This document shows, one piece after another, positions 53,501 through 64,000 of a DNA stretch of 64,000 bases. This DNA is from Octopus vulgaris (lineage: Eukaryota), in assembly GCA_951406725.2 (NCBI GenBank), contig OX597816.1, forward strand, positions 37,014,001 through 37,078,000, read 5' to 3'. The notes under the pieces are model-generated. The model was not told the DNA's origin. It did no database searches and was given only the letters and a program-made list of their open reading frames with translations. The first letter of the stretch is position 1, and every line of letters begins with the position of its first letter. Both the position numbers and the translations under genes were made by a program.

Positions 53501-53597
53501 ACAGGTCAATTCACGACAGTCTCCATCTTATACACTATTCCTTAGAGAGTGTTGGGAAAAGTTCTGGCAAAGGTGGGGTACTGGTACATTTAGACAA
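50580..53597 (+). mobile_element. Decayed Tx1/L1-clade LINE (ORF1 zinc knuckle, APE endonuclease, N-terminal RT), 3'-truncated
   Basis: YFKCGRKGHIRVYC (degenerate CCHC); APE at 51871-52491 (VRGL..E.K..GGVVVL..LIGIYAP..DYNA); YWKLN; SP.LDGLPYEFY, ITLLNTELKILAK, QTCAIP.RSIHD, ending at GVLVHLD before (CA)n. Confidence 0.85.
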
Positions 53598-53656
53598 ACA
53601 CAAACACACATGCACACACACACACATAGAGAGAGAGAGTGTGTGTGTGTGTGTGT

Positions 53657-53820
53657 AGCGTGAGCTTCTTTCAGTTTCCGTCTACCAAATCTACTCACAA
53701 GGCTCTGGTTGGCCCGAGGCTATAGCGGAAAACACTTGCCTAAGGTGCCACGCAATGGGACTGAATCCAAAACCATCTTGCTGGGAAACAAACTTCTTAC
53801 AACACAAACCCGCTTGCGCC
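53657..53820 (-). mobile_element. SINE family C partial copy
   Basis: Matches the family C head. Confidence 0.8.
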
Positions 53821-54397
53821 AATATTTTGTCCAATAATTAATATAAACCCCTTTAAGAAATTGAAATAATAGTTTTATGGTCAAGCGACAGTTCTCATTA
53901 CGTCACATAGGCTGAATTAAAATATTTCATCAGAAAAATGTTTTAAGTATCATTAAGAAAAATATCACGCAAAATCGAAATTAAATTTATTTTTTATCAA
54001 TTTTGAAAACATTAAAACACTTGCTTTCTTTTTCATAAAAATAAAGTTATTTCGTGATGGTTGTTTATTTCTCTTTAATTTATTCTAATTACAACGGGCA
54101 GGCTATTCTTCATATGAGAAACAAGTACTACCTAATCCCTAAATTATCCCTACATTATTTCTGAATAAATCTCTCAAAATTCCTCGCATTTATAAGTCAC
54201 ATTCTCATAAAGCACACAGTTTTCTGGTTATAAAGTACACTTCGTAAGTAATTACTCCATGTAAGATACCAATAAATAACTACTTTGTTGTATTTAAACA
54301 TAGCTTCAAGTCGACTAGTACCAGGACCCATGAATAGGACTAGAATCATGGGAACGGTGCAGGAATCCTTTGTATATACATACATATAATATATATT

Positions 54398-54431
<34 letters not shown>

Positions 54432-54522
54432 CCGGTACATGAATAAAAATGCACACAGACATCAATATAGATATATAAACAGAGACACACACACGCATGC
54501 ACGCGCGCACGTATACACACAA

Positions 54523-54581
<59 letters not shown>

Positions 54582-54701
54582 AGATGCATAGCAAGTGATT
54601 TGGTCTGAGATCGTTTGCTGGAACGAAAACAATTGCAGCGTGGAAGGTGTTTGTAAGAAACACACAAAAGCCGTTCGATTCACTTCAACATTTAAGCTTA
54701 A

Positions 54702-54752
54702 TTTGTCAAAATGTTTTCGTCGCTATAAGACCGCGACCTGTTCACTGACAAA
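54702..54752 (-). ncRNA. Hammerhead motif with swapped 3-8 pair (GUGAACA core) in a 213-bp island (54580-54792) between (TA)n tracts
   Basis: Minus strand: tttgtca-GTGAACA-g-gtcgc-ggtcttata-gcgac-GAAA-a-ca-t-TT-tgacaaa; 7-bp stem I, 5-bp stem II. Confidence 0.7.
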
Positions 54753-54789
54753 AATCTGTGCTGCATCTGAGAAGGTAACAGTTAGTTCG

Positions 54790-54841
<52 letters not shown>

Positions 54842-54842
<1 letters not shown>

Positions 54843-54875
54843 TAGCAGAGATACCCGGCCTTGCCCGTGTTACAT
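54842..54875 (-). mobile_element. Helitron 3' terminus (hairpin plus CTAG|T)
   Basis: Minus strand acacgggcaaggccgggt-atctctg-CTAG-t, similar to the end at 22135-22163; 5' extent not determined. Confidence 0.6.
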
Positions 54876-55559
54876 ACAATTGAAGATTTAGACTTTTCTG
54901 TTTTATTTTCTCTAATGAACTGAAATATCTATGTTTCGATTTTCATCAGAATTGCAGATGAGGGTTATTTCCCTCTTTACACACCCCTAAAAAATTGTAA
55001 TCGTGCCACATGTATCCCATACTACTGTTTTTATGCATATATTCCAAAATTCCAGTCTTATTGAACCTGTTAAAAAGATTTTGCTCCTGAAAAATGAAGG
55101 TCATGGAGCTCTAAAATGTGAGAGTTAAGGCCCCTGTTAGGGGTGGGCATCTTAATGTCAACCAGAGGAGTTGAATTGTTGAGAATCTTTTCAACTTGGC
55201 TCTAATATCTATTGTTTGAATTTCTTTGAAATTATAAATATATGTTCACTGGGTTTGTAAAAGAGAGCAAAGCTACAGGAAACTAAAAGACGCATGATCA
55301 TAATAAGCAGTCAGTTACCCAACCCTAGTCGTTACCACTCCCAATATAGGATTCCTCACCATCCAGGTGACTGGCACAGCCGTAAGATGCATTACGAATC
55401 TATAGCAATTAGAAGGGTGTGAACCAACTGAAATAAACATTAACAACTGTGTGACGTGAAGGCTGAGGAGAAATGAAAGTGTCACCTCTGGAGTTTGCAA
55501 ATGGCCACTATACTGATACGTAACTGGACAGAATAAATTTAAAATAACCAGTCACTCAT

Positions 55560-56242
55560 CTGGGAAGGCCTTGATTGATCCTTCGTTTCCGGGTCGTAGC
55601 CGTAGCACCAACTTTCATCACCAATGATAGCTTTCGAAAAAAAAAAAGGTCCGGATCACCTTTCGACTGTTCTTTCAGTTCACGATGTGCATTCAGCCGT
55701 AACTCCTTTTCATCTGTAAGCAAACGAAGCACACATTTTGCTGCAATTCATTTCAATCGCAATTCCTTGCTCAAAATTCGTTGGCAGTAGCTCCCAGAAC
55801 ACACCAGTAATCTCACATGTTCGTCAACTGTTCGGTAGTGGTCATTCGAGGTTAGTTTATGAATATGAGGTTAGTCTTCAAGCAACAGGTGACCATTCCT
55901 AAAGTGTTAAAACCACTTATAAACCTATGTTTTTTCTCATGACAATGGTGTTGTAAGCTGTTTCAAGCTTGAGAACTTTTTCGGCCACCGTTTTACCCTG
56001 CAGAAAACAGAATTTCACGGGAGCACGCTGTTCCTTCGTTTCAGTCATCGCCAAAATCGACGAGCAAGAGAGAAGCACTGCAAAAAATTAATGCACCGCA
56101 CCGCACTATTACTTCAGTTGACGACACCGATCGGCAGACTAATGCCTGCAGATCACATCAGGTGGCTTCTAGCGGTGGAAGACTGAACTACAACGAGCTT
56201 GTCCCACAGAAAACGTTTCCGGTTACTTTTGGGAACGCCCTC

Positions 56243-56245
<3 letters not shown>
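55560..56245 (-). mobile_element. Mariner 5' half (TIR plus decayed transposase N-terminus to the first catalytic D)
   Basis: TA|cacgagggcgttcccaaaagtaaccggaa TIR; ATG at 56048: MTETKEQRAPVKFCFLQGKT..VYKWF..AAKCVLRLLT..IIGDESWCYGYDPETK. Confidence 0.85.
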
Positions 56246-56309
<64 letters not shown>

Positions 56310-56314
<5 letters not shown>

Positions 56315-56722
56315 TGTTATATTTCGGAATGGTCATTTTGCCAGTTTAGCCAATAAAAACACACGCACTATATATTTGGTGTTATTTTGCTTCAGTGTTA
56401 TTTATTTTTTACCTTAATCTTAATCTTATTTCGGCCAGAGTTCTTTCGTCACACTCCTGTGACCGCATCAGTGGTCCTTTGTTTTCTTCTTTCTTATTTG
56501 TGTTTCTCCTTACTAACCGGTTAGTAAGGAGAGACACAAATAAGTGAGAAGAAAACAAAGGACCACTGATGCGGTCACAGGAGTGTGACGAAAGAACTCT
56601 AGCCGAAATAAGATTAAGATTAATGTAAAAAATAAATAACGCTGAAGCAAAATAACACCAAATATATAGTGCGTGTGTTTTTATTGGCTAAACTGGCAAA
56701 ATGACCATTCCGAAATATAACA

Positions 56723-56727
<5 letters not shown>
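56310..56727. repeat. Near-perfect palindrome, 209-bp arms, no spacer, about 6 mismatches, (TA)n on both sides
   Basis: Centre ttactaacc|ggttagtaa at 56518/56519. Confidence 0.95.
56560..56604 (+). ncRNA. Hammerhead-like motif with A9C core (mirror copy 56433-56477, minus strand, better stem I)
   Basis: ggacca-CTGATGC-g-gtcaca-ggag-tgtgac-GAAA-g-aa-c-TC-t(a/g)gcc. Confidence 0.6.
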
Positions 56728-56775
<48 letters not shown>

Positions 56776-56835
56776 ACAATATAATTTAAAAAATTATAAA
56801 ACAAGAGAACAGAATGAACAGGTTTTAAAACACTA

Positions 56836-56966
56836 GTTACAACAATTGTTTCTGTTCATGGATAACAGCTGTTAACTGCTGATATTTTCCATATCATACT
56901 GTTACATATGTTATATTAATAAATATGATCCATCTGTCGCTGTGTAGCCGCACGTCATCGGGTGAG
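56836..56966 (-). ncRNA. Degenerate hammerhead candidate with ~100-nt stem II insert
   Basis: Minus strand: ctcac-CCGATGA-[~102 nt containing atggat/atccat and tcatat/gtatga stems]-GAAA-caattg-TT-gtaac, then a T-rich tail into (TA)n; stems I and II imperfect. Confidence 0.4.
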
Positions 56967-57049
56967 TGGCTTTGAGGACCCTCTTAGCATTTACTCAGCG
57001 GAACGCCTATGGTGTGACAACCGGAGAGAGAGAGAGAATGAAAGAGAAG

Positions 57050-57087
<38 letters not shown>

Positions 57088-58814
57088 GACTTTACCAGTA
57101 GATGTATATACATTTATTACACCTATGCAGTCTCTGGAGATAAACATATAGTCACACATCGGTATTTATATGTATGCTTTCATAAATCAAAGCAAACAGA
57201 TCAATAAATTTAATTATACATATATACAGATAGGCAAACACACACATATACACACAGACTCACATACACATATATCCACAGACTCACACCCGCACAAACA
57301 TCTCTAAAACTGTATAACAAAAACTAAGATGTAACTGACTCCTTAAGGTTCTTTCTCTGTCTTGTCTTTTGCTACTGCACTCTCTGCTGTTCTTCTGAAC
57401 ATCTAACTGCATGTTGTTATTGCTTAGCCAACAGTATTGGAATTCTATCATCCGCCTGTTATCATCACAATGGTTACCCTCCTTAAAATGTCCAAAAAGG
57501 GCTACACATAGAGGAGACAAACAAGGACAGACAAACGGATCAAGTCGATTATATTGACCCCAGTGCGTAACTGGTACTTCGTTAAATATATGTTCCCAGA
57601 AATGCAGACATCTGGAATTCTGTTTCTAGCTTGATTTCCCCTGCACACACTCAACCACAAATATTCCAGGGAAACATCAGCCTAGAAAACTATCGGTTTC
57701 AAATTTTGGCACAAGGTCAGTAACTTAGAAGAGCAGGAAATTCAATTACCTCTACCCCAGTTCTCAATTGATGTTTATTTTGTCGACGCCGAAATGATGA
57801 AAAGCACAATAGTCCTCGGCGGAATTTAAACTCAAATTTTTGTACAAGGCCAGCAATTTCGATGAGAGGTTTAAGTCGGCTATGTTTACCCTAATGTTCA
57901 ACTGGTACTTATTTTATCAACCCCGAAAGAATGAAAACCAAAGTCGACTACAGCAGAATTTGAACTCAGAATGTGAGAAAGGTGAATTGCCGCTAGGTAT
58001 TTTGCCCGGCGTGAGAACGATTCTGCCACCTCACCGCCTATTAGCCTTCAAAACTTTCAGTAATCTAAATTTTCCATCAAACTTTCTTACTCAACTCACA
58101 CCACATGATGTATGTATCTATTACATGATATAATGATTACACTAAATATCATACTTTACTTTATGTTACAATACTATTTATACGTTCGCTATTTGCTGTT
58201 GTGTGGCCTGGAATATAAGAGGAATCAGTTGTAAAACTTGAAAACTATATCTTCCATTTCATTTTTATCGCAAAATACACACCCAAGTCACTTTAGTATA
58301 TTATCCTATCTCGTATACTAATGTCTTGTTTTTGAGTATTCATAAAATATATTTTACAAATACGTGATATATAAATAATTCGACTGAAACTAAGTGTATT
58401 ACTAGTATGTATTTTTTGATGAAAATTCGACTCACACGTCATAAAACTGTTGACTACTAGGAGCCACTACATTACATTATATAGATAAAATCCACTGCGG
58501 TGATGTTATTCTGTTTTCATGCAAGAAAATTGAATCTTATGTTAGTTGGAAAACAAACACCAGATCTTTTAAAGTAAGCTTTAAATATTTAGTATCCTAG
58601 CCAGAAGGATTTATCTATTTATCAATCTTATATTTATGATAAAAGGAACAGAAAACTTGAAATGTGACATCCATGACATGTCCAATAGCATTTCCAGTGT
58701 ATGTGAAGTGTCGTTACTTCAACTAATTGCATGAACATACTTCTCTGTGGTTCTCGCCATCATTGCAAGTGAATAGTTTATATATAAATGTGTGTGTGTG
58801 CAAATATATATATA

Positions 58815-58973
<159 letters not shown>

Positions 58974-60213
58974 TCATGTAAATTATATATATTTGCCAGC
59001 AGAATTTATAAACCAATAAACAGAATCGAATTTATTATATTAAGAATAGCAAAACAATCTTCTGTTATATTAAATTATTAGAAAATAATATTCTTTATCG
59101 TGTCATATTATATAGTTTAAATTGCATGAGATATAATTCGCAGAAACTCGCTAAGTCTAACTATTCATAAGAACATTTTTATATCACATTTTCAAAAGAC
59201 ACTAAACTCTTTCGATATAAAGATGAGAAAAAAAAATTCTTACAGTAACTATCAATATATTGTATGATTAAATGATTATGATTTAATGATTAAAACCAAA
59301 GGAATATGTTGCCTTTGGTTGAAAAATATTATACTACTCTTGAAGCAAATGTACATTAAAATATCATCAAAGTGTGGATGTATCAAGGAAACAATACTTT
59401 CTCTATTCATAGACGAATACGTAATTAACCCGTTTAGTGTGCTAACTCAATGCTCCGTACCTTTTTTCAGTTGGAGTACACTTATATTCTTTTCAAAATT
59501 CGGCGGCACGCCTGAATTAAAAGTATAGCTAAACGTACACGGAAACAAAGTATATTCATGTTACACTGCGGCACACTTAGTATCGTCTCTTGGCACACCA
59601 GTGTGCCGCGGCATACTAGCTGTGGAGCACTGCTCTGACTCACAGTATCGGATGTTCCTTCCACTCATACTCAATGCAACTCAATGCAACCCATACCTTC
59701 CACCCATACTCAATGCAACCCATACTCAATTGCATACCAAAGTAGGACGGCGTGCTGGCAGAATCGTTAGCACGCCGAGCGTAATGCTTAGCAGCATTTA
59801 GTCCGTATTCACGTTCAAATCCAGCATAAGTCGACTTTGCTTTTCATCCTTTCGGGGTAGATAAAATAAAGTACCAGTTGTGCACCAGGTTTGATGTAAT
59901 CGACTTACCCACTCACCCGAAATTATTAGTCCTGTGCCAAAATCTGAAATCATTGTTTTTAAGGCAGCGAGTTGGCAGAATCCTTACAGCGGCATTTTGT
60001 CCGCCTTTACAGTGTGTGTTCAAAGGCATTGTGCCAAAAATTGAAACCAATACTACATGCAAAAGTCTTCCCTCTTCCTTTCAGTAGTCATGAAATAATC
60101 CGTGTCTGAGAAATTGTAGATCTTCTAAAAGCAGAGTGCTTTTCCTATATCTAAGACAGAATTTCAGAGACACTATGGCTTCAGCGTATACACTCCAAAT
60201 ATATACAAGCGCG

Positions 60214-60255
<42 letters not shown>

Positions 60256-60498
60256 AAAAACAAGTAAATATTAAATTTTCTGATGTGTGTAATGCCTTCT
60301 CAAGCTGAAATTAATTAGTGCTGCACTAAGATGCGTTGATAGAAATAAAGATGGGGACAATCGCACTTAATACATTCGTGTACTCTTAAACGTGGACAGA
60401 CCTCTAAACTGTCGCGGTTAAAGTATTCGCCACACCAGCGAGCTATGCACAAAACTTCACTCACACACAAACACGAATATATATTGGGAGTGTATGCG

Positions 60499-60548
<50 letters not shown>

Positions 60549-60621
60549 CATACATACATACATACATACATACATACATACATACATACTTTATTTAAAG
60601 CACCAGAAAATTCAACAAAAC

Positions 60622-60659
60622 CTGTTACTCTGAGTTTCCCGTTGCCGTTCATCGGACAG
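60622..60659 (-). ncRNA. Minimal type I hammerhead (U4C) in an ~80-bp island (60589-60667) between microsatellites
   Basis: Minus strand: ctgt-CCGATGA-a-cg-gcaa-cg-g-GAAA-ctc-a-gag-TA-acag; GNRA-capped stem II. Confidence 0.75.
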
Positions 60660-60788
60660 TTTTTGCTATATACACACACACACATATACATATATAAATG
60701 TAAACACTGATGTACATTTATCTTGATCAGTATTCACAAGTAAGTCAGTTGACTAATTTGCGAAGCTTCACGCATCAATATGCTGAAT

Positions 60789-60829
<41 letters not shown>

Positions 60830-62329
60830 TCTCTTACAAATGATGTGTTGCCTCTGTAAACTACATCTTCCTCTACTACTATGGTTCCTCTGAATTTGAG
60901 AGTTACATTCCGGGAAACTCCCATCTCTGTTAATGTCCTATATCTCGTTCTTCAGGCGTCACATTAAGCATTTCCGAATCTTTCCTCTAGCGAGTTCCAT
61001 TTGGAGTGGCTTGAAGAACAAGAAGTTTCTTCTTGGGGGAGAACTAGGTTTATTGCCAGGAAATAAATATTAAGTGAATACTGGAATCCGTATTCAAACA
61101 TTGATGCTGTATCTGCTCTAATAACACTATTAAACTAACTGAACATTTTGATATAATGTATTGCAACTACTAATACAATAGTAGACTTGACCATCTGAGA
61201 GTTATGTATCATGGAAAAGAATATAGCTCAGCCTAAGGGATATGATTCAAAACAACGGCTTGAAATCTGAAAAATTGCAGATCATTTCTAAGAGGAAAAC
61301 CATTCTTTTAAGTTTGTTATTCCATTAACAACTTCACTGTCATTACTTGCAATGGTTTTGCATACGATATTTGAAATCAAACGTCTAAAAAAATCCCATG
61401 TGGCTCCATCATTCTTTTGTAACTTTCGTTTGATTCATCAAATGATAGCAATATATTTTATTGATTTACTTAAGATTCTAGTTGTTTTTTTTCATTTTAT
61501 CAGATATGGTTTTTTCTGTTTGTTTTTGTTTATTTGCTTTTTCGTGGGTGGAGAGAAGTGCATTCCGTGAACAAATATTGGTTTTGTATTCAGATGATAT
61601 TTTCATAGAAATTAATACTGAATTAACCTCAATAACTTTCTTGCTCTTATGTTATTGACCTTCGATCAAAGAAAAACCACACTCCAGTGCAGTGTGATTT
61701 CAAATCTGAACTGATAGCGTTGAACATAAAGTTTGTAGAGCTATAGCTATTTCTGCCATAACAATTTTACTTTGTGGAAAGCATGGCATTAAATCTAGGA
61801 TATATTTTCCGTCGGAGGCCGTTTGCTAAAAGAACTCCATTGATTGGCCAACAGATGTAAAAATATATAAATACGTTATTATATTCAACTAGCTAATAAT
61901 TCATCCAATAGTTTACAAATCCTTGCAAGTGCACCTTGGTTTATCCCAAATATTTCAGTTACACAGCTTTTGGTAATTAGTGCCAGAATTCTGAAAATGT
62001 TATTTGCAACAGACTAATGCTTAATTAAAGGTAGATATTTAATCGATGTTAAAGGCCATCGCAGCAACTGGTCTTTGAATTTTGAGAATATATTAGTTTT
62101 CAGATGAGAATGATACACCCGGAGATTTAGACAATAACTAATCCGATATCAAACGCCTTAAATGATTAATTCACAAAAAGAACAATAAACTAGATACTAT
62201 TACAATCAATAATTATATATTGATTGCTTCTTGCTTACTCCTTGCTTGCTTCTTGCTTGCTTCATATTCTTTCTTACTTGATGGGGATGTGATCATCACA
62301 GGCAAGTGGATTCAGAGGCATCATGATTT

Positions 62330-62520
62330 GGAGAGCCAACAGGATTCCACCGATACTCCTCATCGTTGGTGGTCCCGTGACAACCCTTCTGCATCCTCGA
62401 AGATTAAGTCAAGCCTCTGAAGATCTTCCTTAATTACATCCAGCTCGCAGTTTTTGCGCTGAACAAGAGTAAGGCCCTGGTGGAATGATCTGGCGAGAGC
62501 CAGAGGACATGTATGCACTA
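62330..62520 (-). mobile_element. Decayed LINE (RTE-like) ORF C-terminus
   Basis: LDVIR..EDLQRLDLIFEDAEGLSRDHQR* resembles the W.D.I..DL...A.DR..W terminus; (GCAAGAA)n-like tail at about 62222-62262. Confidence 0.45.
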
Positions 62521-63087
62521 GTGCATGCGGCGGACAGCTATCAAGAAGAAAGAAATTTTATTAATGATAGGAAATGTTATATCAAAACAATGGAAGAAAT
62601 CATTGATAAATCTTGGCGATCTAGTAAATATATGAATTGAAACACTTGAACAATCAAATACGGGTATAACACCTCGGTTGAAAATATCATTGTCTACAAC
62701 ATAATATACATGTGTGTATGTGTTTGTGTACTTATGTGTGTGCGTGTGTTTGTACAGATGAAGGGGGTAACTGTGTATTGCAATTAAATGCTGGTGTGTA
62801 GACATTCATAGACACTAAAAATAAGGTTGGGACTATTATCAATTCCAGATATAAGCAGAAAATATTCATGTTACGGTAACGGTAGAGCTTAGGGAACATA
62901 ATCAACCATATGTTGTATTATAATTACCTCAGGTTCTTAGGTTGTAAAAGTGTAACCTTGTAAACATCTGGAGTTAATTATAGTTACAATGGGAGTTATT
63001 CTGGTTAATGTGGGGATGATGGGATAGACATGTAGCATTTAATGTTTAGATGTATTTTAATCCACCTAGATATACAATTTTTTTGCG

Positions 63088-63329
63088 CCCTTTTAAAGCC
63101 TGTCCAGGCTCATGAGCTCGGTTTCCCGGTTTCTATGGCGTATGTGTTCCCCAGCTGGACGGGACACCAGTCCATCGAAGCGTTACTCATTTTTACCAGC
63201 TGAGTGGACTGGAGCAACGTGAAATGAAGTGTTTTGCTCAAGAACACAACGCGTCGCCGGTCCAGGAATTGAAACCAAATCTTACGATCATGATGCTGAC
63301 ACCCTAACCACTAAGCCACGCGCCTCCAC
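63088..63329 (-). mobile_element. tRNA-derived SINE (family D)
   Basis: Head ggaggcgcgtggcttagtggttaggg (A box) .. ggtttcaattcc (B box). Confidence 0.8.
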
Positions 63330-64000
63330 AGATATACAAGTACTGGTAGTTATATGAATCTAGACAACTGTAGTCTACAAGTCAAAAAATATTTAACCCA
63401 GACATTTTCACATTAACCCTTGTATTTCGGACTTGACTCGTAAGCTTGAAATTATTACTCAGACCTACCCATAAAGTAATAACACTTCACAAATACTATT
63501 TTAGTGTATGGTTTAGCTCTGTATTTGAGTATGAGAAAACATTAGCGTCTGTTTATCATTTGTTTACTTTTTAGCTAATCATTTCGTCCTTTACTTCTCT
63601 CGTGCAGACAATTACTTGTTAATTGCATATATATCTCAGATATATTCATATAAAGCACTATTGACATATCCGTAATTACTTCCCATCACCCATTCTTTAG
63701 TAAGACACCCACCCCCAGACTATTCATGCCTTAAATATTCTAATATTTATAATTATATTCTTTTGTTTTACTTGTCTTGTAAATTATTGATAGTACTAAC
63801 GGACCTGAACAACGCCATTATTTTCAAATATTAGCTGACCTATTAAGTTGTAGGATTTACTTTGGCCTCACCCCACAACACATAGGGGTACTGGAATCAG
63901 TTTCTGTTCACATCTTGGCGGTTCTTTACATTCGACCCTTCTTTATCTCCTTTTGTCGACCACAGTTTTCTTTTTGTCTCAATAAATTTGTCATTTCTTG

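Noticed and set aside
55308-55385. Structured segment on the minus strand (cagtca..tgactg) considered as an HDV-like ribozyme
   Set aside because: Could not build the P1/P1.1/P3 nested pseudoknot; only a simple hairpin

Overview
AT-rich, microsatellite-dense eukaryotic DNA. I found no supportable host protein-coding exon. The SINE, LINE and microsatellite content looks like an animal genome, most like an octopus/cephalopod (inference from repeat style, not verified). The window is almost entirely repeats: four tRNA-derived SINE families in many copies, R4/Dong-like LINE fragments in (TAA)n tracts, a decayed Tx1/L1-type LINE, two mariner remnants, a complete 305-bp non-autonomous Helitron, a foldback element carrying a telomere-like array, an internally deleted dispersed 28S rRNA fragment and several Penelope-like (PLE) remnants. 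The main signal is a set of minimal type I hammerhead-ribozyme (HHR) motifs read by eye. There are at least 8 clear loci, unrelated in primary sequence (12 copies), plus weaker candidates. All sit in short islands inside or beside (TA)n-type microsatellites. Four loci are long inverted repeats with one outward-facing HHR per arm. Several cores deviate from CUGANGA, including an apparent compensatory C3G/G8C swap. A local inverted duplicate preserves the empty (TA)n site of one palindromic element. All structures were folded by eye, and no activity or database match was tested.
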